Shown here piece by piece: positions 1-9,829 of a DNA stretch of 64,000 nt. The DNA comes from Candidatus Binatia bacterium. GTDB lineage: Bacteria; Chloroflexota; Limnocylindria; QHBO01. The DNA lies in NCBI GenBank assembly GCA_035512895.1, contig DATKDB010000104.1, forward strand, positions 1,818 to 65,817, in the 5' to 3' direction. The translations under genes were made by a program, and so were the position numbers. Below the pieces are notes generated by a model. It was not told the origin of the DNA. It ran no database searches and saw only the letters and a program-made list of their open reading frames with translations. Numbering within the stretch: position 1 is the stretch's first letter; each line of letters opens with the position of its first letter.

Positions 1-213
1 GGCGCGCAGCCGCTCCATGATCCGCTTCAGGCCGGGGATGTCGCCGCCGCGCGTCCCGCGCAGGCCACGCTGCATGAGGCGCTGGAGCGCCCGGCGCACG
101 TCCCCCTCGGCGAGGATGTCGTCCGCGAGCGCGTCGAGCACGTCGTCCGCCTCGAATGCCGGGAGCTGCTGCGACCCGTCCCAGCGCGAGTAACGGAAGG
201 TGCTCATCGTGCG
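1..213 (-). CDS. VWA-domain protein, N-terminal fragment (gene runs off the window start); partner type of MoxR/ChlI AAA ATPases
   Basis: Reverse-strand ATG at 213. The N-terminus MSTFRYSRWDGSQQLPAFEADDVLDALADDILAEGDVRRALQRLMQRG resembles mycobacterial Rv3693-like VWA proteins as I recall them. GC3-rich. Confidence 0.45.
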
Positions 214-267
214 CACCAGCCTAGGCCGATGCGGCCGCCACGTCCACGGCATTGCGCCACTCCTCTA

Positions 268-290
268 TTTGTAACTGCTGCGGTTACAAA
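268..290. promoter_or_regulatory. Perfect palindrome TTTGTAAC-N7-GTTACAAA about 55 bp upstream of the VWA gene start; candidate operator
   Basis: 8-bp perfect inverted arms, AT-rich in a 72% GC background. It lies inside a 44-bp repeat that is identical to the one at 1172-1215. Confidence 0.5.
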
Positions 291-395
291 TAAGGGCTGG
301 GAGAAGTGCCGTCCGATGCGGCCGCCACGTCCACGGGCCTCCGCGTGACGACGCGGCCGGGCCGCTTGGCCCCGGCCGCTCGTGACGTGTGACGC

Positions 396-1049
396 TCAGT
401 GCCCGATGAAGTGGAAGGAGCCCGCATGCTTCGAGATCAGCGCCTGATCGAAGGCAACGGCCTCGCCCCCGACGAGCACGCTGCCGCTCGCCGCGCGGGA
501 CTGCGTCCGGTTGACCTGCATCGCGCGGTATTCGCCCGGCAGGCTCTCCATGTACCGATCGGTGACGTTCTCTCGCGAACCGGTGGCGACGAGGTCCAAA
601 GACACGCTGACGCCCTCCTCCACCGAGGTGACCTCCCACAGCTCCAGGCAGCCGTCGAACGTGCCCGTGATGATCGTCATCGTGCCGGCGGCCGATGCGC
701 TGGACAGGTTCCGGGCGACCTCGAGCTCGGCGGGCGCGAAGTCGTCCCCCAGGCGGAACGTGCCGGACAGGCTCGAGTACTCGCCGCAGTCGACGGCGAC
801 CGCGGTCTGCTCGAAGAGTGAGATGCCCTCGAAGTCGTCCTGGTCGAAGGCGGCGACGATCCCCCACGTACCCGCGCCTGTCTCCAGGTCAACCTGGCCC
901 CAGACGACCTGCGCGACGCGCGCCTGGAACGAGCCGTGCGACACCTCGCGCGCCGCAGCCGGGACGACGAGGTTGATCGTGAGCGTGGCCGCGGCCAGGA
1001 CTGAGGCCAGGGCTGCGGCCACGTGGCGTCGATGAACGATGGACAGCAT
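396..1049 (-). CDS. secreted hypothetical protein (signal peptide)
   Basis: 217-aa ORF. The N-terminus MLSIVHRRHVAAALASVLAAATLTINLVVPAAA looks like a signal peptide. GC3-rich. Confidence 0.7.
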   Translation of the reverse strand: MLSIVHRRHVAAALASVLAAATLTINLVVPAAAREVSHGSFQARVAQVVWGQVDLETGAGTWGIVAAFDQDDFEGISLFEQTAVAVDCGEYSSLSGTFRLGDDFAPAELEVARNLSSASAAGTMTIITGTFDGCLELWEVTSVEEGVSVSLDLVATGSRENVTDRYMESLPGEYRAMQVNRTQSRAASGSVLVGGEAVAFDQALISKHAGSFHFIGH

Positions 1050-1187
1050 GGCTGCCTCCTCACTGCTCTCGCGCCCACGTCCGGAGCGCGTTTGCAGCCA
1101 CCCTGCGCGTCGGTCCCTGCGGCCAGCCCGCGGCCCGACTGCGGCGATCCTGCGGGTGCGCCGTCGACGGCTTGCGCCACTCCTCTA

Positions 1188-1210
1188 TTTGTAACTGCTG
1201 CGGTTACAAA
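1188..1210. promoter_or_regulatory. Second copy of palindrome TTTGTAAC-N7-GTTACAAA, upstream of the secreted-protein gene and just after the GNAT stop
   Basis: Identical 44-bp stretch (1172-1215 vs 252-295). Confidence 0.5.
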
Positions 1211-1236
1211 TAAGGCTGGGATGGGTTCTGCGCCCG

Positions 1237-1809
1237 TCAGTCGCCAGGTGCGTCGTTCGCGCCGCTCCGAGCGAGCAGCTCGGGCAGCGGGATCGGCTCC
1301 GGCGGGGTACCGACGGGCTCGGCCAGGCGCAGGCCGTACCACGCGACGTCCGGCCAGGCGCCGAACTTGAAGCCGACGCGCTCGTACACGCCGATGCGAC
1401 GCATCCCGATCGCCTCGTGCAGGGCGACGCTCGCCGGATTCGGCAGGGCGATCCCGGCGTACACGTTCACGAAGCCCTGCCGCCGCAGGATGTCGAGCAG
1501 CTCGTCATAGAGCGAGCGTCCGATCCCCCGCCCTGCGAAGCCCTCGGCGACGTAGACCGAGATGTCGACCGACCAGCGGTAACCGGCCCGCTCCCGATGG
1601 CGTGCGGCATAGGCATAGCCGACGAGGCGGCCAGCCTCCTCGGCAACGAGCCACGGTGTCCACTCGAGCGTCGCGCGCATGCGCCGCGCCATTTCGTCGG
1701 CAGACGGCGCGACGTCCTCGAACGTGGCGATCGAGCCGGCGACGAACGGCTGGTAGATGGCCGTCACGGCCGGCGCTTCGCGCTCCGGATCGGCAATTCG
1801 AACGTGCAT
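1237..1809 (-). CDS. GNAT family N-acetyltransferase (phosphinothricin/L-amino-acid acetyltransferase-like)
   Basis: Internal start MHVRIADPER. Motifs VGYAYAARHRERAGYRWSVDISVYVAEGFAGRGIGRSLY. I trimmed the upstream extension of the ORF. Confidence 0.8.
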   Translation of the reverse strand: MHVRIADPEREAPAVTAIYQPFVAGSIATFEDVAPSADEMARRMRATLEWTPWLVAEEAGRLVGYAYAARHRERAGYRWSVDISVYVAEGFAGRGIGRSLYDELLDILRRQGFVNVYAGIALPNPASVALHEAIGMRRIGVYERVGFKFGAWPDVAWYGLRLAEPVGTPPEPIPLPELLARSGANDAPGD

Positions 1810-1863
1810 GCGACGCTCATCCTGACGGACGGCGGCGGCACGCGGAATGCAGGTACAGCGGGC

Positions 1864-2220
1864 ATGAGCGACAACGACATCCACGGCATCGAGAAGGGCT
1901 GGCACGTCCAGACGGCGGACGGGCACGATATCGGGTCCGTCGAGGAGACGACCGACACGTACATCCTCGTCAAGTCGGGCCTGATCAACACGACGCAGCG
2001 CTACCTGCCGGCGGCGCTCCTGGCGCACGTGCGCCCTGAGAAGAACCAGATCGACATCTCGGCCACCCAGCAGGTGATCGAGGAGGGCGACTGGTCAGCG
2101 CCGCCGCTCGAGGGCCCGCGCCGCGAGGGCGCGCCGCTCAACGACGGGACCTACGACGAGGAGCGCGACCCGGTCGCTGCGGGCGTCGTGCGCGATCCGG
2201 AGCGCCCGACGACCATCTGA
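1864..2220 (+). CDS. DUF2171-like small protein
   Basis: MSDNDIHGIEKGWHVQTADGHDIGSVEETTDTYILVKSG resembles the DUF2171 pattern. Divergent from the GNAT gene. Confidence 0.55.
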   Translation: MSDNDIHGIEKGWHVQTADGHDIGSVEETTDTYILVKSGLINTTQRYLPAALLAHVRPEKNQIDISATQQVIEEGDWSAPPLEGPRREGAPLNDGTYDEERDPVAAGVVRDPERPTTI

Positions 2221-2340
2221 CGGGCCCAGCTCCGACGCGCCGCGGCACGCGCCCGCTGCCTCGAGCGTGCGGTTGCCGTCGCCAAGCCGGAAGGCCGGCT
2301 CAGGCGACGGAACGACGGCTGGATCGAGCGGCGACGCGGG

Positions 2341-3636
2341 CTAGCGACTGAAGCTGCCCTCGGCACGGCGCGGACGCCGTGCTCGACGCGATCCGAAGCG
2401 GGCGTTCGGCGTGCCGTCGCGGCGCGGGCCTGGCGCCCCACGTCGCTGGCCGCCACGCTGGCCGGCATGCTGGCCGGAACGGAGGCGGATCGGCTCCGGC
2501 CGAATCTCGCGATTCGGCTCGAATCCGGGGATGACCTGTGAGGCGATCGGGCCGTGCAGCAGCCGCTCGATGTCGCGCAGCAGCGGCGCCTCGTCGACGC
2601 AGACGAGCGAGACGGCGGTGCCGGTGATGCCGGCTCGGCCGGTGCGGCCGATGCGATGGACGTAGTCCGACGGCACCATCGGCAGTTCGAAGTTCACGAC
2701 GTGCGGCAGGCGCTCGATGTCGAGCCCGCGCGCCGCGACCTCGGTCGCGACGAGCAGCAGGATGCGGCCGGCCTTGAAGTCGGCGAGAGCGCGGACGCGC
2801 TGCGGCTGCGACTTGTTGCCATGGATCGCGGATGCGGCGATGCCGTCCTTGTTCAGCTGCTCTGCGAGGCGGTTGGCCCCGTGCTTCGTCCGCGTGAAGA
2901 CGAGTGCCTGGTCGATGACGCGCGTGCGCACGAGGTGCGTGAGCAGCTCGCGCTTGCGCTCGCGGTCGACCGGATGGATGACCTGCTCGACGAGGTCGAC
3001 GGCGGTGTTCTCCGGCGTGACCTGGACCGATGCGGGCCGGTCGAGGAGCCCCTCGGCGAGCGAGCGGATCTCGAGCGAGAAGGTGGCGCTGAAGAGAAGG
3101 TTCTGGCGACGCGGCGGCAGCAGCGCCAGGACCTGGCGGATGTCGCGGATGAAGCCCATGTCGAGCATGCGATCGGCCTCATCGAGGACGAGGATCTCGA
3201 CCGCGCGAAGGTCGATCGTGCCCTGGCGGGAGTGATCGAGCAGGCGCCCCGGCGTGGCGACGACGACGTCGACGCCGCGACGCAGCGCGTTGACCTGTCC
3301 GCCGAAGCCGACGCCGCCGTAGATCGCGGTCGAGCGGACGCTGCCGCCCGAGTACGTGCGGACCGACTCCTCGACCTGGATCGCCAGCTCGCGGGTCGGT
3401 GCCAGTACGAGGACGCGGATGCGCCGGTCGGTGGACGGGCGCGCGGCGAGGCGCTGGAGGATGGGCAGGACGAATGCCGCCGTCTTGCCGGTGCCGGTCT
3501 GGGCGCCGGCCATGAGATCCCGACCCTCGAGGACGAGCGGAATCGCCTCGAGCTGGACGGGGGTGGGATGCGTGTAGCCCTGGCGCGCGACAGCGCGCTG
3601 CAGGTCGGGCGTGAGCCCAAGGGTAGAGAAGGACAA
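2341..3636 (-). CDS. DEAD-box ATP-dependent RNA helicase
   Basis: Q-motif, [32 protein letters not shown] place the start at TTG (LSFSTLGL) with AGGAGC 9 nt upstream. The ORF in the track runs further upstream to 3774. Confidence 0.85.
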   Translation of the reverse strand: MSFSTLGLTPDLQRAVARQGYTHPTPVQLEAIPLVLEGRDLMAGAQTGTGKTAAFVLPILQRLAARPSTDRRIRVLVLAPTRELAIQVEESVRTYSGGSVRSTAIYGGVGFGGQVNALRRGVDVVVATPGRLLDHSRQGTIDLRAVEILVLDEADRMLDMGFIRDIRQVLALLPPRRQNLLFSATFSLEIRSLAEGLLDRPASVQVTPENTAVDLVEQVIHPVDRERKRELLTHLVRTRVIDQALVFTRTKHGANRLAEQLNKDGIAASAIHGNKSQPQRVRALADFKAGRILLLVATEVAARGLDIERLPHVVNFELPMVPSDYVHRIGRTGRAGITGTAVSLVCVDEAPLLRDIERLLHGPIASQVIPGFEPNREIRPEPIRLRSGQHAGQRGGQRRGAPGPRRDGTPNARFGSRRARRPRRAEGSFSR

Positions 3637-3815
3637 GGGGAAATAGCTCCTGACGAGGCCCTCCCGCTGAAAGCGGGGCCCGGTCAGGGCGAACGGTTGA
3701 TCAAGCTCGGACTTCAGATGAGAAGCGGCGCAGACCGGTGCGCCTTTCGAACACGTGTGCGAAATGTACCACATCGATCCGGTGTACGCTTAGGACCCCA
3801 CGGAATAAGGTGCCC

Positions 3816-4154
3816 ATGACCGACCGATGTATCCACGGGTTCGAAACCCAACGCTGCGCTTCCTGCCGTCGCTGCCCTCACGGGATCCTCGACTCCCGGT
3901 GCGCGACCTGCAACCCGAAGACCGCCCGCGAGGCCACGATCCGGCTCGCGAACGACGCCCCCCAGCCATCGGAGGAGCATCGCGGCTACGAGATCCTGTA
4001 CGTGGCCGGTGAGCGAAGCTGGTACATCAAGGCCGATGCGGACGCCCCCCTGTCCCAGGCCTCCTACCGCTCGGCCTTCCAGGCCCGCCGGAGGATCGAC
4101 GAGATCCTCGACGCCCCCGCCCCCGTCGAGAGTGGCAAGAAGAAGAAGGGCTGA
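3816..4154 (+). CDS. Cys/His-rich small protein (tandem C-x-H-x6-C-x2-C units), ends in KKKKG
   Basis: MTDRCIHGFETQRCASCRRCPHGILDSRCATC. AAGG 7 nt upstream of the ATG. Sits 56 bp upstream of the cyclase gene. Confidence 0.55.
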   Translation: MTDRCIHGFETQRCASCRRCPHGILDSRCATCNPKTAREATIRLANDAPQPSEEHRGYEILYVAGERSWYIKADADAPLSQASYRSAFQARRRIDEILDAPAPVESGKKKKG

Positions 4155-4209
4155 CCTAGCGCCCCGCGGGTCGTGATACGTTTGGCGCCGGTAGGAGGAG
4201 CGACGCCCA

Positions 4210-7200
4210 GTGATCTGCACCAGCTGCGCCGCCGAGAACGAGGCCGGCCGGAAGTTCTGCCTGAGCTGCGGCCAGCGCCTCGCGTTGACCTGCCCGAGCT
4301 GCGGAACGCCGAACACCTCGGGTGCGAGGTTCTGCGGGGAGTGCGGAGTCGAGCTTGCCCCGGCCGCAGCCGGCTCACCGTCCGCCGGATCCGCCGCGGC
4401 ACCCGGCGCGGAGGCGCCGACCGCCGAGCGGCGCCTCGTCAGCGTCCTCTTCGCCGACCTCGTCGGCTTCACGACCCTCTCCGAGGCGCGTGACGCGGAG
4501 GACGTTCGAGAGCTCCTGAACGCGTACTTCGAGACCTGTCGAACCGTCGTCGACCGCTACGGCGGGACGGTCGAGAAGTTCATCGGGGACGCGGTCATGG
4601 CCGTGTGGGGCACGCCGGCCGCCCAGGAGGACGATGCCGAGCGCGCCGTCCGTGCCGCGCTCGACCTCGTCGACGCCGTCCGCCGCCTCGGCAGCGAGCG
4701 TGACGTGCCCGACCTGGCGCTGCGGGCGGCGGTCCACACCGGCGAGGCGGTCGTGACGATCGGGGCGGCCGGCATGGGCATGGTCGCCGGCGACCTCGTG
4801 AACACGGCCTCGCGCCTCCAGTCGATCGCCCGCCCGGGAACCGTCCTCGTCGGCGAGGGGACCCGTCGCGCGGCCTCGAACGCGATCACCTTCGAGGAGG
4901 CCGGCGAGCACGAGCTCAAGGGCAAGGCCAGCCCGGTCCCCGCGTTCCGCGCCCTGCAGGTCGTCGCCCAGCGCGGAGGCGTCGGCCGGACCGAGCAGCT
5001 GGAGCCGCCCTTCGTCGGCCGCCAGTCGGAGCTCCAGCTCGTCAAGGACTTCTACCACGCCACGGCGCGCGACAGGGGCGCGCGCCTCGTGTCGGTCATC
5101 GGCCAGGCGGGCATCGGCAAGAGCCGGCTGGCCTGGGAGTTCCTCAAGTACATCGACGGCGTCACCGAGCTGGCGTACTGGCACGAGGGCCGATCCCCGG
5201 CATATGGCGACGGAATCAGCTTCTGGGCGCTCGGCGAGATGGTGCGCATGCGGATCGGCATCGGCGAGGATGCCGACGAGGCGACGACGCGCGAGCAGCT
5301 GGCGAAGAGCCTGGACGAGTTCGTGACCGATGCGGACGAGCGGCGCAGCCTGGAGGAGCCACTGCTCCACCTGCTCGGCGTCGGCGAGAGCCAGGGCCAC
5401 GACCGCGGGCAGCTCTTCCTGGCGTGGCGGACGTTCTTCGAGCGGATCGCCGAGAAGGCGCCGGTCATCATGGTCTTCGAGGACCTGCAATGGGCCGATG
5501 ACGGCCTGCTCGACTTCATCGAGGAGCTCGTCACCTGGTCGCGTGGACGCTCGATCTACCTCATCACACTCGCCCGCGCCGAGTTGCTCGACCGCCGCCC
5601 GACCTGGGGAGCCGGCCAGCTCAGTTTCACGTCGCTCGGGCTGGCGCCGCTTGCCGACGAGGATGTCGCCGCGCTCCTCGCGGGGCTCGTCCCCGGCCTG
5701 CCCGAGCCGGTCGTCCGGCAGATCGTCGGGCGGGCCGAGGGGATCCCGCTCTACGCGGTCGAGACGGTCCGGATGCTCCTGAACGACGGGCGCATCGAGC
5801 GCGACGGCGACACGTACCGTCCGGTCGGTGAGCTGCGCGAGATCGCCGTGCCGGAGTCGCTCCACGCGCTCATCGCGGCCCGGATCGACGGGCTGGCGCC
5901 CGCGGAGCGCGGCCTCGTCCAGGACGCCTCCGTGCTCGGTCTCTCCTTCACGCTCGCCGCGCTGACGGCCGTCACGCGCTCGGCGAGCGACGAGGTCGGG
6001 CCGATGCTCCAGCACCTCGTGCAGCGCGAGCTGCTCACGATCGACGACGATCCCCGATCGCCCGAGCGCGGGCAGTACCGCTTCGTCCAGGGCCTGCTGC
6101 GGGAGGTCGCATACGGCACGCTCTCGCGCGACGACCGGCGCGCGCGGCACCTGGCCGCCGCGCGCTACTACGAGGCGCTCGGCGACGACGAGCTGTCGGG
6201 CGTCCTGGCGCAGCACTACGTCGATGCCTACCAGGCCCACCCGGACGGCCCGGAGGGTGCTGCCGTGGCCACGCAGGCGCGTGTCGCACTGCGCGCCGCC
6301 GCGCAGCGGGCGGCCGACCTCGGCTCGTTCCGTCGGGCGCACGGCTACCTCGAGAGCGCGCTCATGGTCGTCAGCGATCCGGCCGACGAGCTCGACCTGC
6401 GGACGGCCGCCTGGCCCGCAGCGGCCGGCGCCGGGCTGCTCGACACCGCGGTCCAGCACGCGGAGCGGACGGTGGAGCTCGCGACGGAGATCGGCGACGT
6501 GCCCGCCCGGCGGGTCGCGTCCGCGACGCTCGGCGACCTCCTCCTCGAGGGCCACCACGACCGGGCCATGAAGGTCCTGACCGAGGCGTTCGAGGAGCCC
6601 GGCCTGGCGCCGGGCGACCCGGGCTACCTGCCGGTGGCGACCGCCTTTGCCAAGGCGCTCATGCGCTCCCAGCAGGATGCCAGGGCGGTCGAGGTCGCGG
6701 ACCAGGTGCTCCTGGCCGAGGACCGTCCGGTCTCGGAGGACGAGCGTGACGTGCGAGACGGGCGAGAGGACCTGCTCCTCGACCTCCTCATCACGCGTGG
6801 GACCGCGCTGTCGAACCTGAACCGGATCAGTGAGTCGGTCGTCCTGTTGACCGGAGCGCTCGAGGTGGCGCGGCGGCGCTCGAGGCTCGGCGCTGTGACC
6901 CGTGCCCTCATCAACCTGACGTACGCGCTGTCCAGGGATGACCCGCTCCTCGGATTCCAGCTCGCGCGCGACGGGATCGAGGGGACCAAGAAGTACGGGC
7001 ACGTGTGGGGCCTGAGATACGTGCTCGGCAATGCGGTCGAGGTCGGAATCGAGGCCGGCGAGTGGGACTGGGTCATGGAGGCGCTTGCGGACCAGGACCT
7101 CACCACGGCGGAGCCGGCGGAGCGGCTCTGGTTCGGCACGCACATGACGGTCATTCGCGCCCTGCGCGGCGAGGACGTCGAAGAGGATGCCCGACGGATT

Positions 7201-7776
7201 TACGCGGAGAGCCGCTCCTTCGACGATCCGCAGTACCTCGCCGGCGGGTCGTGGAGCCTGCTCATGACGCACCTCGTCTCCGACCGACTGCCGGAGCTCA
7301 TCGGGCTGGCCGACGAGATCCTGACGAACGGCATGGCCGGCATCGACGCTGCCGCCCACGGTGCGCGTGGGTCCGTCTGGCACGGTGACGTGACGACCGC
7401 TCGGCGCATGCGTGCGGCCTTCGAGACGACCGCGACCGCCGGCCGTCGGACGAGCGCCACGCTCGAGACGATGGATGGAGGCATCGCGATGCTCGAAGGG
7501 CGCACGGCCGAGGCCCGCGCGCACTACGCCGAGGCGCAGCGCGCCTGGCGGGAGATCGGGCTCGACTACACGCTCGCGCTCTGCGACCTCGACATCGTCG
7601 TGACCGGGGCGATGGAGCCCGCCGAACGCCGCCGTGCCGCGGAGGAGGCCCGCGCGATCTTCACCCGCATCGGAGCGCAGCCGTTCCTCGACCGCCTGAA
7701 CGCCGCCGTGGCCGCCGAGACCGGTGGCGCGCCAGCGGCCACGGGCAAGCGCAGCGGGGAACGCCAACCCGCCTAG
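4210..7776 (+). CDS. Multidomain class III adenylate/guanylate cyclase: double zinc ribbon, cyclase, AAA ATPase, TPR-like
   Basis: GTG start with AGGAGG upstream. N-terminal CxxC x4. Cyclase motifs FADLVGFT and FIGDAVMAVWG. P-loop GQAGIGKSRLA. Confidence 0.85.
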   Translation: MICTSCAAENEAGRKFCLSCGQRLALTCPSCGTPNTSGARFCGECGVELAPAAAGSPSAGSAAAPGAEAPTAERRLVSVLFADLVGFTTLSEARDAEDVRELLNAYFETCRTVVDRYGGTVEKFIGDAVMAVWGTPAAQEDDAERAVRAALDLVDAVRRLGSERDVPDLALRAAVHTGEAVVTIGAAGMGMVAGDLVNTASRLQSIARPGTVLVGEGTRRAASNAITFEEAGEHELKGKASPVPAFRALQVVAQRGGVGRTEQLEPPFVGRQSELQLVKDFYHATARDRGARLVSVIGQAGIGKSRLAWEFLKYIDGVTELAYWHEGRSPAYGDGISFWALGEMVRMRIGIGEDADEATTREQLAKSLDEFVTDADERRSLEEPLLHLLGVGESQGHDRGQLFLAWRTFFERIAEKAPVIMVFEDLQWADDGLLDFIEELVTWSRGRSIYLITLARAELLDRRPTWGAGQLSFTSLGLAPLADEDVAALLAGLVPGLPEPVVRQIVGRAEGIPLYAVETVRMLLNDGRIERDGDTYRPVGELREIAVPESLHALIAARIDGLAPAERGLVQDASVLGLSFTLAALTAVTRSASDEVGPMLQHLVQRELLTIDDDPRSPERGQYRFVQGLLREVAYGTLSRDDRRARHLAAARYYEALGDDELSGVLAQHYVDAYQAHPDGPEGAAVATQARVALRAAAQRAADLGSFRRAHGYLESALMVVSDPADELDLRTAAWPAAAGAGLLDTAVQHAERTVELATEIGDVPARRVASATLGDLLLEGHHDRAMKVLTEAFEEPGLAPGDPGYLPVATAFAKALMRSQQDARAVEVADQVLLAEDRPVSEDERDVRDGREDLLLDLLITRGTALSNLNRISESVVLLTGALEVARRRSRLGAVTRALINLTYALSRDDPLLGFQLARDGIEGTKKYGHVWGLRYVLGNAVEVGIEAGEWDWVMEALADQDLTTAEPAERLWFGTHMTVIRALRGEDVEEDARRIYAESRSFDDPQYLAGGSWSLLMTHLVSDRLPELIGLADEILTNGMAGIDAAAHGARGSVWHGDVTTARRMRAAFETTATAGRRTSATLETMDGGIAMLEGRTAEARAHYAEAQRAWREIGLDYTLALCDLDIVVTGAMEPAERRRAAEEARAIFTRIGAQPFLDRLNAAVAAETGGAPAATGKRSGERQPA

Positions 7777-8642
7777 TGCAGGTGCGATCCCCCGCCGGGC
7801 TCGCCGTTGCCGTCGTCGCCCTCGCGCAGGAAGCGCTCGATGTCGGCGATCAGCTCATCCCCGACCGGCAGCCGCGACTCATCGGCCATCTGCTCCAGCC
7901 GCTCGACGTGCGCCTTCGTCTCCTCGTCGCTGGCGGTGGCGGCGTCGAGCAGGTTGCGCCGCTCGAGGGCGCGCGTCGCGAGATGCCCGACCGGGGGCTC
8001 GATCCCGAGGTGTCGGCCCAGCGCCGCGAGGAGTGCGATCGACGCGGCGGGATACGAGGCGTTCACGTAGTGCGGGACCTGCGCGAAGAACCCGACGGCC
8101 GGGATGCCGTGCGTCGATGCCGCAATCTCCATGACCGAGAGCGCCGCCGACGGAACCCGCAGCAGCCCGTCCGGACCCTGCCGGATGCCCTCGGGCAGCA
8201 GGTCCGGAGCCGATGCGGTCGCCAGGATCGGCACCGGGCGCGTGTGCGGCACGGCCGCGGGGATGGCGCCCATGCTCGCCCAGCTCGCCACGCTCAGCCG
8301 CTTCGCCAGCTCGATCACGTCGGCCGTCAGCTCGCGCCAGCGGAAGTCCGGCTCCGGACCGCGCAGGACGAGGAGGTCGCGCCCGCCGATGCGGGCCGCG
8401 ATGACCTGGAGCGTCGGCCAGGCCAGGCTCAGCGGACGCCCGTCGACGATGTCGAGCGTCGGGCGGCGCGAGCGGTAGTCGTAGACGGCATCGGCATCGA
8501 AGGTTGCGACGAGCCGGCCGTCCTCCGCCAGCTGCGCCGCCGCGGTCGTCCCAGCGCTGCCCGCGTCGACCCAGCCCTCGAGCGCGGCGACGAGCACCGG
8601 AGCCTCGAGCTTCGGATCCTCCTCGAGCCGATACAGGGACAT
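7773..8642 (-). CDS. PAC2 (proteasome assembly chaperone-like) family protein
   Basis: LVAALEGWVDAGSAG and overall PAC2-like layout. Overlaps the convergent cyclase stop by 4 nt. Confidence 0.7.
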   Translation of the reverse strand: MSLYRLEEDPKLEAPVLVAALEGWVDAGSAGTTAAAQLAEDGRLVATFDADAVYDYRSRRPTLDIVDGRPLSLAWPTLQVIAARIGGRDLLVLRGPEPDFRWRELTADVIELAKRLSVASWASMGAIPAAVPHTRPVPILATASAPDLLPEGIRQGPDGLLRVPSAALSVMEIAASTHGIPAVGFFAQVPHYVNASYPAASIALLAALGRHLGIEPPVGHLATRALERRNLLDAATASDEETKAHVERLEQMADESRLPVGDELIADIERFLREGDDGNGEPGGGSHLH

Positions 8643-8708
8643 GCGACCAGTCTAGGACCGCTCTCGTCAGGTTGCCCGAGGCATCGCTGGCGCGGCGACC
8701 AGCGGACC

Positions 8709-9110
8709 TCAGGCGCGCTCGACGGCGACGTCCGCGGAGGGGGACGCCGAGAGCTCGCGTGCGTCGCGAGCCACGATCGCTCCGAGCCAGAACGCGAGCA
8801 GGGCCCCGACCGGGTGCAGCGCGGCCAGGAAGGGCGCATCGGCTTTGAAGAGGACGACGATCGGGATCACGAACGTGACCGCGGCCAGCGCCGCCGCGAG
8901 CTGGATCCGGCGCCGCCCGGCCCGAGCCAGCGCCGCCGCCACGAGGATGAGGATCGGCACGAGGTGGAGGAGCCAGCCGAAGCCCACGTGGACCTCGGTC
9001 CAATCGGATGGGCCGAACAACCCGAGGCCGATGAAGAAGACCTGGGCGACAAGTCCCACCAGGAATGCCCACGCCAGGGCGAGATAGGCGTACCGCGCGG
9101 CTCGGACCAT
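8709..9110 (-). CDS. small integral membrane protein
   Basis: MVRAARYAYLALAWAFLVGLVAQVFFIGL, four predicted TM helices. I trimmed the upstream ORF extension. Confidence 0.55.
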   Translation of the reverse strand: MVRAARYAYLALAWAFLVGLVAQVFFIGLGLFGPSDWTEVHVGFGWLLHLVPILILVAAALARAGRRRIQLAAALAAVTFVIPIVVLFKADAPFLAALHPVGALLAFWLGAIVARDARELSASPSADVAVERA

Positions 9111-9211
9111 GTGTGCACCCTCCGTCGAAGCCATTGGTCGGTTTAGGCGCGAGCATACGCGCCAGGTCACCCGCCGCACCGAGCGTGCGGACGCGCGCTA
9201 CGCTGCCGGGC

Positions 9212-9829
9212 ATGACAGGCGTGCGCGTCCGACTGGCAACGCGAGCGGAGATCCCCGTGCTGGCGGCCACGCTGGCGCGCGCCTTCGCGCACGACCCGTT
9301 CTACTCGTTCCTGGCCGGCTCGGCGCCGGAGCGCAACCAGCGCATGCGCGACGGGTGGGCCGGGATCCTGGAGCACGCGTCGGACCGGCTGTCGACGACG
9401 TACACGACCGATGACCACGACGGGGTCGCGCTCTGGCATCCGCCGGGCTACGGCGGCGCCAGCTTCATCGGCAGCCTGCGCATGCTGCCGTCGATGGCGA
9501 GCCTCGCCGGTGGCCTTCGCCGCCTGCGCGAGCTCTCGAAGGCGGTGGCGGAGCTCGAGGCGCGCCGGCACCACCACGTCCCGAGGCCGCACTTCTACCT
9601 CTCGGCGCTCGGCGTGGAGCCGGACCGCCAGGGCGAGGGCATCGGCACCGCGCTCGTCCGACCCGTGCTCGAGCGCGCGGACGGGTCGGGCACGATGGCG
9701 TACCTCGAGACGGCGACTGCCCGGAACGTGCTGCTCTACGAGCGCCTCGGCTTTGCCGTGATCGAGGAGCTGACGCTGTCCGGGACCGATGTCCACGGCT
9801 GGCTCATGCTCCGCCGCCCGAAGGGCTAG
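9212..9829 (+). CDS. GNAT family N-acetyltransferase
   Basis: MTGVRVRLATRAEI and QGEGIGTALVRPVLERA. Confidence 0.75.
   Translation: MTGVRVRLATRAEIPVLAATLARAFAHDPFYSFLAGSAPERNQRMRDGWAGILEHASDRLSTTYTTDDHDGVALWHPPGYGGASFIGSLRMLPSMASLAGGLRRLRELSKAVAELEARRHHHVPRPHFYLSALGVEPDRQGEGIGTALVRPVLERADGSGTMAYLETATARNVLLYERLGFAVIEELTLSGTDVHGWLMLRRPKG

Noticed and set aside
3637-3774. N-terminal 46-codon extension of the DEAD-box ORF
   Set aside because: A TTG with AGGAGC spacing gives the canonical MSFSTLGL helicase N-terminus. The extension is probably 5' UTR.
4375-7767. 1130-aa reverse-strand ORF mirroring the cyclase gene
   Set aside because: Antisense to a gene with clear domain motifs. Arg/Gly/Pro-rich low-complexity translation typical of high-GC antisense frames. 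No recognisable motifs.
7776-9270. Overlapping 456-aa (+) and 463-aa (-) ORFs across the PAC2 and membrane-protein genes
   Set aside because: Both are Arg/Pro/Gly-rich junk translations. The real genes there have recognisable families and proper codon bias.
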